Of a stretch of 48,788 nt of DNA, positions 1-8,468 are shown piece after piece. The notes under the pieces were generated by a model, which saw nothing but the letters and a program-made list of their open reading frames with translations, made no database searches and was not told where the DNA came from. The DNA lies in assembly GCA_046536675.1 (NCBI GenBank), contig JAWDMK010000003.1:1-48788 (forward strand), read 5' to 3'. Numbering within the stretch: position 1 is the first letter of the stretch; the number at the start of each line of letters is the position of its first letter. The position numbers were made by a program, and so were the translations under genes. Origin of the DNA: Candidatus Micrarchaeota archaeon (GTDB lineage Archaea; Micrarchaeota; Micrarchaeia; Micrarchaeales; CABMGC01).

Positions 1-41
1 TTGAAAGCCCCGCGTCCTTGGCCGGACTAGACGACAGGAGC
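1..41 (-). tRNA. tRNA-Glu(UUC), 5' part only (truncated by window edge)
   Basis: Reverse complement GCTCCTG-TC-GTCTAGTCCGGCCAAGGAC-G-CGGGG-CT-TTC-AA gives acceptor 5' strand, D arm, anticodon stem 5' strand and TTC anticodon. Confidence 0.88.
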
Positions 42-44
42 AAA

Positions 45-638
45 TCAAAGGTATTTTTTAATTATCTCTAAAACCTTTTTATGCGTTGCTTTTATTGAGC
101 CCTCGCCATTTATTACTTTGAAACCGAACTTCTCCGCAAGTGAGATATATTCTTCCCTCACTTCTCTAAGTTTTTGCTCTTGCTCAAAAAGCTCAAAGTT
201 GAACCTGCTTTTGCTTATTCTCTTTATGCATGTCTCTGGTTTTACATCTAAAAATATTGTAATGTCTGGTATCCTAAACTTTTCATTTAGCTTAAGTAGC
301 CATTCCCTATCTAAACCTGCTGATGCACCATATGCCAGAGATGAAAACATGTATCTATCACTTATTACTATAAAACCCTTCTTAAGCGCTGGTAATATCT
401 CTTTTTCAAGATGGTTTGCCCTGTCTGCTGCAAAAAGAAGCTGTAATGTTTGGGCTGAGAGATTTAGGTCGCCCCTTAATACAGCTCTTATTATACCACC
501 TATTATATTCTGTGTTGGCTCTTTTGTAAGAAGGACTTTATTTTTCTGCTTAAGATATTGCTCTAGCATATAGGCCTGTGTTGTGCTTCCCGCGCCGTCT
601 AATCCTTCGAATGCAATAAACAATCCGTTTCTTTTCAT
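45..638 (-). CDS. tmk: Thymidylate kinase (dTMP kinase)
   Basis: FIAFEGLDGAGSTTQ P-loop, TKEP, LLFAADR, SDRY-SSLAY motifs. Confidence 0.95.
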   Translation of the reverse strand: MKRNGLFIAFEGLDGAGSTTQAYMLEQYLKQKNKVLLTKEPTQNIIGGIIRAVLRGDLNLSAQTLQLLFAADRANHLEKEILPALKKGFIVISDRYMFSSLAYGASAGLDREWLLKLNEKFRIPDITIFLDVKPETCIKRISKSRFNFELFEQEQKLREVREEYISLAEKFGFKVINGEGSIKATHKKVLEIIKKYL

Positions 639-702
639 TTAATCTAAAAGATATATACAAAAGAATTTATTAATGTTTTATCAAAAATGAAATTGTGGTT
701 CA

Positions 703-1242
703 ATGATACTCTCAGATTTTGATCTTTGGAATATGCTGAAAGAAAAAAGGCTCATTATAAAACCATTTAACAAGGAGATAATAAGGGAAAACGGCGTTGA
801 TTTGAGACTTGCTGGTGAAGTAGGCTACCACAATCCAATGCTGAGCGAAGATTTTGTTGTGAATCCATCTAAAAAAGAGGATATAGAAAACGAGTATATA
901 GTAGAGAAAAATAAAAAGGAGATAATACTACAGCCAAAACAACAAGTTTTGCTCTCTACTATAGAGTATTTGAAAATGCCTGATAACCTTATAGGGTTTG
1001 TAGAGCTTCGCAGCACATGGGCGAGACATGGCTTAATTATGCCTCCTACAATAATAGATGCGGGTTTTGAAGGCACTATAACGCTTGAAGTTTATAATGC
1101 TTCTATATACAAGATAAAGCTTAAACCAAAACTAAGGTTTGCACATATAATATTTGCAGTGACTATGAATAGAGTAAAAAATACATATAAAGGAAGCTAC
1201 AGCGGACAGAAAGGAGTGTTTAGACCAAAGGTAATAAAATAA
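703..1242 (+). CDS. dcd: dCTP deaminase
   Basis: MILSD start, GVDLRL, ELRSTWARHGL, IDAGFEGTITLEV, YSGQKG. Confidence 0.95.
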   Translation: MILSDFDLWNMLKEKRLIIKPFNKEIIRENGVDLRLAGEVGYHNPMLSEDFVVNPSKKEDIENEYIVEKNKKEIILQPKQQVLLSTIEYLKMPDNLIGFVELRSTWARHGLIMPPTIIDAGFEGTITLEVYNASIYKIKLKPKLRFAHIIFAVTMNRVKNTYKGSYSGQKGVFRPKVIK

Positions 1243-1245
1243 AAA

Positions 1246-1524
1246 TTACCTTGTAAGGTCGTTTATTTCTTCTTTTGAGGCTTGCTCCTGCTGCGAAGGG
1301 CTTGTTGAAACCAATACAACATCGCCAACATTCTTTACGTTCTTATATAGAACGCTCTTTGTTCTCAATATGTTCCTTGGGTCCCCTTTCATGCTCTTCC
1401 ATGGTATCATAAGAAGCCTGCTTATCTCGCTCTTTTCAAGATCTAGGATAATTCCTTGCACGTCTCCAAGATACTGGCCTGCATCGCTATATATATCCAT
1501 ATGGTACAATTCAGATAGTTTCAT
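1246..1524 (-). CDS. PRC-barrel domain protein (CdpB-like cell division family)
   Basis: LSELYHMDIYSDAGQYLGDVQGIILD...VKNVGDVVLV PRC-barrel pattern. Confidence 0.85.
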   Translation of the reverse strand: MKLSELYHMDIYSDAGQYLGDVQGIILDLEKSEISRLLMIPWKSMKGDPRNILRTKSVLYKNVKNVGDVVLVSTSPSQQEQASKEEINDLTR

Positions 1525-1688
1525 TTTAACACCATTGTCGCCTTAAGTATTAATTGAAGGTAAATGCTTATAAACCTTTAAGAAGAGCGAATTTAGTGGA
1601 ATACATCTGACTGCCCCGCAATGAGGGGAAATTGCGAGAACAAATATGCTTATCAACCTGATGGAAAGCTTCGTAAGGAAGGAGTAGT

Positions 1689-2849
1689 TTACGGTTGGAA
1701 CCAGTCTATTTCATAATATTCATGTCCACTTTTAGGTAAAAGTATCTGCCTAACTTTGTAATATGTTATTGCTGTTTCTCTGTCTGCAATCGCTATTATA
1801 AGCTCGAGCTTTGAATCCTTAGCTTTCTTAATCGCACCAGCAAGCTCCCTTCCTCCTATCTGCTCTTCTTCACCAAGTGATAGCATCGCATATTTTGGCT
1901 TATCAAGTTCTGGATTATCTGCCTCACCGCCATGCCTGTGGTAAAGTATATAGTTTATTTCTGTTTCTTTCTCTTCCACCTCGCCAGGTATTGCCAATAT
2001 AAATGTTTTTCTTACAGAATGCGCTACCCTTATCGCCCTGGCCCACTCAGAGATTAGAAGTTTAGAATTCTTGGGAAAAACGTGCAGGACATGCTTAGAA
2101 TGTGCCCATTCGCTCTTTGCTGTATTTAGCCCAGGCTTTGCTCCGGGGAAATAAATCCTGAAATGTGTACCAAACTTAAATCCTGTCTTAACTATATAGC
2201 CGTTTTCTCGCCAATCCTTATACACTTGGTATAGCATAGGGAATTCTTTTCTCCTCTTCTTTGCATACTTAATAATTTCTTTTGTGTCGTAACCTTTTAC
2301 AATAAGTTTCTTGTGCTCCATAAGGAATACTGTCTCATATATATCCAATTTATTTAGCTTACCTTTCTCAGGGGCTTTATACGAGCCGAATTGGCCGAGC
2401 CAGAATTTTTCATAAAGTTCTCTTCCCTTATCAGGCTCTTTCACTATTGTAACAAGGTCGTCAGGAAAGAAAATTCCCTCTACAGTCCATTTCGGCAGCT
2501 CTATAGACGAAGAAGGATACTTTTTTATAGGCGTTATATCTGGCTTTCTGTATAATGTATTGGAAGGCTTTGCAACCAATCCACGCTCACGCCAGTCTTT
2601 GTATGTAAAGTAGCTTGCCATCAATTTCTTCTTTTTTCTGAAGATCTCAGCAACCTCATCAAAGCCCAGGAGTTTGCCTTTGTATTCACATTCTGCATTT
2701 CTTATATCTATTAAATAGAGGGCTTCTTCTGGAAGTAGAAAAAGATTACCTTCTTTCTCGTAGCCAAAAAATCCGCTCTTCAAAATATCTTTTGTAGACT
2801 GATCTGCTGCAATTATCTCTCTTTTATTTAAAAACTTAAGTTTCAGCAT
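1689..2849 (-). CDS. endA: tRNA splicing endonuclease, three-unit epsilon-type (about 386 aa)
   Basis: Repeated EndA units (LLPEEALYL...YKDWRERG; LDIYETVFL...VYKDWRENGYIVKTGFKFGTHFRIY...HS...RVAHSVRKTF). ARMAN-type loop GQFGSYKAPEKGKLNKL. Start moved to ATG at 2849. Confidence 0.9.
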   Translation of the reverse strand: MLKLKFLNKREIIAADQSTKDILKSGFFGYEKEGNLFLLPEEALYLIDIRNAECEYKGKLLGFDEVAEIFRKKKKLMASYFTYKDWRERGLVAKPSNTLYRKPDITPIKKYPSSSIELPKWTVEGIFFPDDLVTIVKEPDKGRELYEKFWLGQFGSYKAPEKGKLNKLDIYETVFLMEHKKLIVKGYDTKEIIKYAKKRRKEFPMLYQVYKDWRENGYIVKTGFKFGTHFRIYFPGAKPGLNTAKSEWAHSKHVLHVFPKNSKLLISEWARAIRVAHSVRKTFILAIPGEVEEKETEINYILYHRHGGEADNPELDKPKYAMLSLGEEEQIGGRELAGAIKKAKDSKLELIIAIADRETAITYYKVRQILLPKSGHEYYEIDWFQP

Positions 2850-2937
2850 AAAGATCAGTGTAGACAAATTAATATAATATAGCAATAAATAATAATGTGA
2901 GTTATAATTATCAAAATATAAATTTTTAAGTGAGAAA

Positions 2938-3927
2938 ATGCTTGAAGGCACACCTAATATACCGGAGAAGTTAAAATCGATGATGAAGAAACAGGGTTAC
3001 CATTTTGTCGGAAAACACTCAGCGGCGAAGCTATGCAACTACACTACAAGCAGCCTAAAAAATGGTACAACATGCTACAAAAACCAGTTCTATGGAATAA
3101 GAAGCTGGCGTTGTTTACAAAGTGCACCTACGCTTGGATGTGATCTTGCATGCGTCTTCTGCTGGAGGATAATACCTGAGGAGGTTGGAGTAAAGTGGAA
3201 TGAATTGAACTTTACAGAATGGGATGATCCATCAGATATTGCAGATGGGCTTATTGAGGCGCAGAGGAAAATGCTTACAGGCTATAAAGGCAATGAGAAG
3301 GTTGATAAAAAGAGACTCGAAGAAGCAAATGACCCTGCACATGTTACATTTAGTCTTACGGGAGAGCCACTCTTTTATCCTAAAATGAGTGAACTTATCG
3401 AAGAGTTTCATAAAAGGAAGATGAGCACATTCCTCGTAACAAATGGGACTTTACCTGAAGCACTTAAAAAATTGAAGACCTTACCAACGCAGCTTTATGT
3501 TTCAGTGCAGGCACCAAACAAAGAGGTTTATGAAAAGGTTACAAGGCCCAAGATACCACATGCCTGGGAAAACTTTCTTGAGTTTCTTGATGTTTTCTCA
3601 AAACTGAATACAAGGCGCGTATTTAGACTTACACTTATCAGGGGCTTAAATCTTGTTGATGCAAAGGGCTATGCTGAACTAATAAAAAGAGGAAATCCTG
3701 ATTATGTAGAGGTTAAGGGTTTTGTTTTTGTTGGTGGGGCAAGAAATCCATCGAGGGGCTTAAGCTACGGGCTTATGCCTAATAAAGAAGAGATAATTAA
3801 CTTTGCAAAAGAGATTGCCGAAGCCTCCGGCTATGTTTTTACAGACTACCACAAACCCAGCAATGTTGCCCTCTTATCCAGAAATGAAGAGGTAGCTTCA
3901 AGGAGGTTGATACACTTTGAAAAATAA
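2938..3927 (+). CDS. taw1: 4-demethylwyosine synthase (radical SAM)
   Basis: QGY-VGKHSAAKLC, CYK-FYGI-SWRC, CDLACVFCWR, SLTGEP, YVEVKG. Confidence 0.95.
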   Translation: MLEGTPNIPEKLKSMMKKQGYHFVGKHSAAKLCNYTTSSLKNGTTCYKNQFYGIRSWRCLQSAPTLGCDLACVFCWRIIPEEVGVKWNELNFTEWDDPSDIADGLIEAQRKMLTGYKGNEKVDKKRLEEANDPAHVTFSLTGEPLFYPKMSELIEEFHKRKMSTFLVTNGTLPEALKKLKTLPTQLYVSVQAPNKEVYEKVTRPKIPHAWENFLEFLDVFSKLNTRRVFRLTLIRGLNLVDAKGYAELIKRGNPDYVEVKGFVFVGGARNPSRGLSYGLMPNKEEIINFAKEIAEASGYVFTDYHKPSNVALLSRNEEVASRRLIHFEK

Positions 3928-4960
3928 AAAGAAAAAAGAGGAAGGTGCTCTAAACCTAAAAAGTATCGAAAAGATAGAAGCAGAGGTTGACTACAAAAAG
4001 AGGATAAAAAGGATAGAGTACATTTTGGTTAGCATACTCATTGGAAGCGCTGTTGTGTTTGGATTCATTGCTGTAAGTGCAATACTTAATGAAGGGCCCT
4101 CGAAATTTTTACAGACAATTGAATCTATAAATCTTTTCTATTATGGCATAGCTTTGCTCCTGGTACTCTCTGCTTATCTACTTAGGTTCCCTAAATGGGA
4201 ATATTATCTTAAAAGGTTAAAGGTAAAAATACCAAGAAGAAAAAATTTTGCAATCTACCTTTCCATGTATTCGATGGATATAACGCCAGGGAGGTGGGGA
4301 AGGGCTGTTGTATCATATACTATAAATAAGCTTGCAAAAGTAAGGTTTAGCAAAACTTTCCCTGCTGTTGTTGCAGATATTTTTACCGACTTCCTCGGTT
4401 TTGCAATTATATGTGTTTTCTTCGCTTTTTTTGTTCATAGATATATTGTCATCTCATTAATAATAACAGCAATACTCCTTCTGCCTTTTCTCTTTCTTTA
4501 CCATGAAAAACCTTTTGCATACTTAAAATCGAAGCTAAGCAGATTCAAGAGCTTAGAAAGCTTTTTCGAAGTGGGAGATTTGTATTTTAAATATAACAAG
4601 ATGCTTGGAAGGCGCGCGTATTGGTACTCAATACTTTATACTGTACCTTCTATGCTTCTGAATGGTTTAAGCTTGTATTTTGTAATATTGAGCTTTGGAA
4701 TAAATGTTGGTGTTGCAAATATACCAACAATCTTATTTATCTTCTCCTCGTCGCTCATTTTCGGAATGATAACAGGGATACCTGCAAATCTTGCTGTAAC
4801 TGATGGTGCGATGATTAGTGAGCTTATTGCGTTTTTCGGAAGCGAGATAAGTTTTGGGCTTGCATCGGTTATAACAATATTCTTCCGAATCGCAACCGTC
4901 TGGTTTGTTGAGCTGTTTGGATTCATTGCGCTTGTATACACATTTAGATACTGGAGATAG
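3917..4960 (+). CDS. UPF0104 / LPG-synthase TM-domain membrane protein (putative flippase)
   Basis: Multi-TM protein with LRFPKW, ITPGRWG, GIPANLAVTDG, FFRIATVWF family motifs. Confidence 0.8.
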   Translation: MKNKKKKEEGALNLKSIEKIEAEVDYKKRIKRIEYILVSILIGSAVVFGFIAVSAILNEGPSKFLQTIESINLFYYGIALLLVLSAYLLRFPKWEYYLKRLKVKIPRRKNFAIYLSMYSMDITPGRWGRAVVSYTINKLAKVRFSKTFPAVVADIFTDFLGFAIICVFFAFFVHRYIVISLIITAILLLPFLFLYHEKPFAYLKSKLSRFKSLESFFEVGDLYFKYNKMLGRRAYWYSILYTVPSMLLNGLSLYFVILSFGINVGVANIPTILFIFSSSLIFGMITGIPANLAVTDGAMISELIAFFGSEISFGLASVITIFFRIATVWFVELFGFIALVYTFRYWR

Positions 4961-5717
4961 TGTATTTTGAAAGTGATTCTGCTTCTGCAAAATTTGGATT
5001 GGAAGGAATTATTAAGGATATTAGCTTGCCCTTAAATCTTTCTGAAATTTTAGAAAGAGTATGAATGTCTGCATAAACTATATCTTCGCTCTCCTTGCCA
5101 ACATCTGCAAGAACAAGTATCTTTTGTATTATGTTTATCTTCCTCTCTTCTTGTGCTTTGTTTAGCAGATCTATTGCTTCGCCAAGGCTCATGGCCCTAT
5201 CTTCTTTGTAATTATAGTCAAGAAGGACTAGCGTATGCTGATTGTTTTGGAGATTTTTGTTTATTACATCTATAAAAGAAACAGGCTTGTACTTCTCGCT
5301 CCAAAAAGGTATTGTTGTAGTTGGACCAAACCTATATATGTCTAAGCCACTCTCACCAATCGCAGCTGTAAATATAGAAGGAGCGTGGATTACCCTAACA
5401 ACTATGCCCATTTTCTGCGCAAGGTCAATTATAGTATTGTGGGTAGTGGCTATGAGTGGATCGCCCATGACAAAAATTACCACCGCTTTGTTCTTTGCAT
5501 ACTCCAATGTAGCCTTTACATTTTCTTCTAAATCAGACCTGCTGAGCTTTGCTATACCTTTGCCTAAAATCTTTTCAAGGTAATTAATGTAGTTGCTGCT
5601 TACTCTATTTGTATAAGGATCAAGAAAGAGCTTATCTGCCTTCTTTGCTATCTCAATAGCACGCAATGAAATGTCGCCTTCTGATAAACCTAAGCCTATT
5701 AAAAAAAGCAAACCCAC
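4944..5717 (-). CDS. dph5: Diphthine synthase
   Basis: LFLIGLGL, GDPLIATTH, SIFTAA-GESGL-YRFG, HTLVLLD. Confidence 0.95.
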   Translation of the reverse strand: MGLLFLIGLGLSEGDISLRAIEIAKKADKLFLDPYTNRVSSNYINYLEKILGKGIAKLSRSDLEENVKATLEYAKNKAVVIFVMGDPLIATTHNTIIDLAQKMGIVVRVIHAPSIFTAAIGESGLDIYRFGPTTTIPFWSEKYKPVSFIDVINKNLQNNQHTLVLLDYNYKEDRAMSLGEAIDLLNKAQEERKINIIQKILVLADVGKESEDIVYADIHTLSKISERFKGKLISLIIPSNPNFAEAESLSKYTISSI

Positions 5718-5721
5718 ACCT

Positions 5722-6678
5722 TTAATCTCTTATTCCTTCTGGTGTTATTTTTATTACACATTCGCCTTCTGGCATATTTGGTGAATCAACTAGCCTTATG
5801 ATTCTTTTATCCTCTTTGCCTTTTCTTATATAAAGCCTTGTTGTAGCGGCGTGAGCTATTATGTTGCCGCCTACTGGCGTTGTCGGGTCACCAAAGAGTA
5901 TTGCAGGGTTGTCCATAACCTGGTTGGTTACATATACCGCAAGATTGTATTTATCCGCTATGCTCTGAAGCCTATGCAGGTGCTGGTTTAGCTTCTGCTG
6001 CCTTTCCCCCAATGCACCTCTTCCGACAAACTCAGATCTGAAAAGTGCCATAAGCGAGTCAACCACAATAAGCTTAATGTTCTTCTCTGTAATTAACTTA
6101 TCTGCTCGCTCTATTGTAAGTATCTGCTGTTCTGTAGAAAAAGTTCTAACAGAAAAGATGTTCTGAAGTGCTTTCTCTGGATCAAGACCAACCGCCTTAG
6201 CCATTGTTGCTATCCTCTCTGGTCTGAAAGTACCTTCTGTATCAACAAATAGAACATTACCTTCAAGCCCACCTTTTTCAATAGGAAGTTGCACATTGAC
6301 AGAGAGCTGAAAGCCTATCTGTGTCTTTCCAGAAGCAAATCTGCCATATACCTCTGTAATGCCGTTTGTCTCTACACCACCGCCAAGAAGCTCGTCGAAG
6401 CTCTTAGAGCCTGTTGTAATTCTTCCGAGAGCCTTTCTCTTTTCGAAAACCTGTTCGCCTGTTTCATACTCTATAGTTGTTGCCTGCTTTGCCGCATCTA
6501 TCGCCTTCTTTGCTGCATCAACACTTATACCTGTCAAGTCTGAAAGATCATGAGGCGAAGAGGTTGCAACCTTCTCTATAGTATCTATGCCTGCTTCTCT
6601 CAGCTTTTCTGCTGTTGCTGAGCCTATACCAGGAAGATCTTCTAAATCCCTTATACTCTTTTCTTTTTCTTTAGCCAT
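5722..6678 (-). CDS. radA: DNA repair and recombination protein RadA
   Basis: N-terminal HhH (LEDLPGIG), Walker A GRFASGKTQ, DTEGTFRPER, TNQV, DSPNMPEGE. Confidence 0.97.
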   Translation of the reverse strand: MAKEKEKSIRDLEDLPGIGSATAEKLREAGIDTIEKVATSSPHDLSDLTGISVDAAKKAIDAAKQATTIEYETGEQVFEKRKALGRITTGSKSFDELLGGGVETNGITEVYGRFASGKTQIGFQLSVNVQLPIEKGGLEGNVLFVDTEGTFRPERIATMAKAVGLDPEKALQNIFSVRTFSTEQQILTIERADKLITEKNIKLIVVDSLMALFRSEFVGRGALGERQQKLNQHLHRLQSIADKYNLAVYVTNQVMDNPAILFGDPTTPVGGNIIAHAATTRLYIRKGKEDKRIIRLVDSPNMPEGECVIKITPEGIRD

Positions 6679-6796
6679 ACCCCCAACTAAATTAATATTG
6701 GAAAATAAGAAATATAAACTCTTTTGAATGGCTCAATAGTAGCCATAACCTTATATCATGGGTTTTTATTTCTTTTTAGTCAAATTCAGATTAAAA

Positions 6797-6853
6797 GGAA
6801 GAGGCCAGCGCGGTTTCGCATGCGCTGGCAAGGCGACCAGTTTTACCCTTCCC
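6797..6853. ncRNA. Candidate structured non-coding RNA, family unknown
   Basis: GC-rich island in AT-rich intergenic DNA: perfect 8-bp stem GCCAGCGC/GCGCTGGC nested in a GGAAG/CTTCC closing stem. Confidence 0.45.
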
Positions 6854-6911
6854 ACAGTAGAGAACCCGTATTTATTATAGAACAGTGCAGATTTAAAAAT
6901 GTTTTCATTTA

Positions 6912-7604
6912 GTGGAATTTTTCAAAAATATGGAAAGTGATACCTTGCTATTACTAACGCTTGACGAAAAAGGAATCGCCTCTGCAATTATTCTCGCTGT
7001 GCTCATACTTTATTTTGGTGGTAGCGAAGGATTGTTCTTTCTCTCCCTTCTTATCTTATTTCTTGTTCTCTCTGCCATAGCAACAAACACAGGCAAAAAG
7101 AAGAAAAGAGAACAGGGCTTATATGAAAAATCCAGGGGCTGGAAGAACGTTGTTGCAAATGGCTTGGTACCACTCTTTATTGCGGTATTATTTTACTTTG
7201 CTCAGAAACCTTTTGAAGAAATCCTTGTATTTGGCTATATTGCTAGCATAGCCGCGATAACCGCAGACAAATTTGCAAGCGAGATAGGGGTTCTCGACGG
7301 CACACCCATTATGCTGCTCACGCTCAAAAGAATAAAGAAAGGCACTTCTGGTGGCGTAACTGCGCTTGGCTTGGCTGCAAGCTTCGTTGCCGCATTATTA
7401 ATTGCACTTACCAGCTTTGCTATAAGCCCAAACCTCATTGCATTTCTAATAGTTCTTTTCTCAGGCTATATGGGCAATATTGTCGATTCTGTTCTTGGCT
7501 ATTATGAAGAAAGGGGTTTTGGAAACAAATTTACAACTAACTTAGCATGTGCTCTCTCAGGTTTTGTTATTTCTTTTATCCTTCTTGCGCTAGCCGGGAT
7601 TTGA
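6912..7604 (+). CDS. DUF92 (TMEM19-like) integral membrane protein
   Basis: RGWKNVVANG, ADKFASEIG, GTSGGVTALG, DSVLG, TNL motifs. Start could be ATG 6930. Confidence 0.9.
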   Translation: MEFFKNMESDTLLLLTLDEKGIASAIILAVLILYFGGSEGLFFLSLLILFLVLSAIATNTGKKKKREQGLYEKSRGWKNVVANGLVPLFIAVLFYFAQKPFEEILVFGYIASIAAITADKFASEIGVLDGTPIMLLTLKRIKKGTSGGVTALGLAASFVAALLIALTSFAISPNLIAFLIVLFSGYMGNIVDSVLGYYEERGFGNKFTTNLACALSGFVISFILLALAGI

Positions 7605-7670
7605 ACCCGGATTGCGAGCTTATTCCAAGCTTGGGAAGCTCGTATCGTAACCAGGTTGGATCACTAGCGC
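7586..7670 (-). tRNA. tRNA-Gly(CCC) with 11-nt intron at 37/38 (intron 7621-7631)
   Basis: GCGCTAG acceptor stem, CGAGC/GCTCG anticodon stem, TT-CCC-A[AGCTTGGAATA]A, T arm CCGGG-TTCAAAT-CCCGG. Confidence 0.93.
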
Positions 7671-7712
7671 ATTATATAAAATAAATAGGAAAAGGATTTT
7701 TATGCGTTAAGC

Positions 7713-8468
7713 TTACCTTATGTATGTCATGTTATCCTTTGGCGGCTCTGCGCCCTTCATAGCTTCTTCTATTGTCTTCATCAGCTTCTCTGTTTCTTTT
7801 TTAACAGATTCTAAATCTGAAAGGTCTATGCTTATTCCAAGTATAGAAGAAAGCTTCTCCAAAACAGCCTTTGCAGCATTTGCATCTACTTCTACTAAAC
7901 CCGTCTCTCCCATCAAGCATGCCGCATCTATTTTATGCTTCTTTGCAAACTCTATTATAAGACCTGCAGAACCCCATATAGTACCGCTTGCAACACCGAA
8001 TATAATACCCTTTTCTTTCAAACTATTTATCTGTTCGTCTGTTGTTGCAACACCGAAAACCCTCGGATTCTGAACATAATGATCAGCTATGTTGTACCCG
8101 CCAACGGTTATGATCCTTTTGCCACCTAGCGACTTGAAGAACTTTACTATTTTTTCATTAACCTCGTATTGGCCTTCGGGGGTAACAGCTTGAGTGTCGC
8201 CAAGAAGTATTACTATATCGCTTTCTTTTTTCTTTGTATTCTTCCAATAGTAAAATCTATTGTTTACCATTCTACTTTTCCCGTTAGGAAGCATTATCAC
8301 TTGATGCGGAAACGAAGAAGAGTATAAAGTAGCAAACTTCTTTGCCTTTAGCTTGTTCTTAAGGTGTTCAGCAACTAAGCTCCCAACACTACCGATACCA
8401 GGCAGCCCCACCACCAAAATAGGGTTGTTTAACTTTACTTTTTTGTAGTATATTTTTGAGCCTTTCAT
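7713..8468 (-). CDS. PAC2-family proteasome assembly chaperone
   Basis: NPILVVGLPGIGSVG, FPHQV, LLGDTQ, GSAGL, CLMGET; usual position downstream of aIF2alpha. Confidence 0.92.
   Translation of the reverse strand: MKGSKIYYKKVKLNNPILVVGLPGIGSVGSLVAEHLKNKLKAKKFATLYSSSFPHQVIMLPNGKSRMVNNRFYYWKNTKKKESDIVILLGDTQAVTPEGQYEVNEKIVKFFKSLGGKRIITVGGYNIADHYVQNPRVFGVATTDEQINSLKEKGIIFGVASGTIWGSAGLIIEFAKKHKIDAACLMGETGLVEVDANAAKAVLEKLSSILGISIDLSDLESVKKETEKLMKTIEEAMKGAEPPKDNMTYIR

Noticed and set aside
1650-1685. TPP riboswitch-like 3' words (AACCTGAT...CGTAAGGAAG)
   Set aside because: No CUGAGA element or P5 arm, and no downstream gene in the sense orientation
2850-2951. 34-aa N-terminal extension of EndA in the ORF track
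   Set aside because: AT-rich divergent promoter sequence overlapping the taw1 start; ATG 2849 is more plausible
6797-6856. H/ACA guide or HDV-like ribozyme assignment for the structured element
   Set aside because: Pocket is highly asymmetric, ACA is 24 nt from the upper stem, no K-turn, and the loop is too short for HDV P2/P3; kept only as an unknown RNA
6724-6912. 62-aa plus-strand ORF in the radA/DUF92 spacer
   Set aside because: TTG start, no SD, no recognisable motif; open mainly because it crosses the GC-rich structured element
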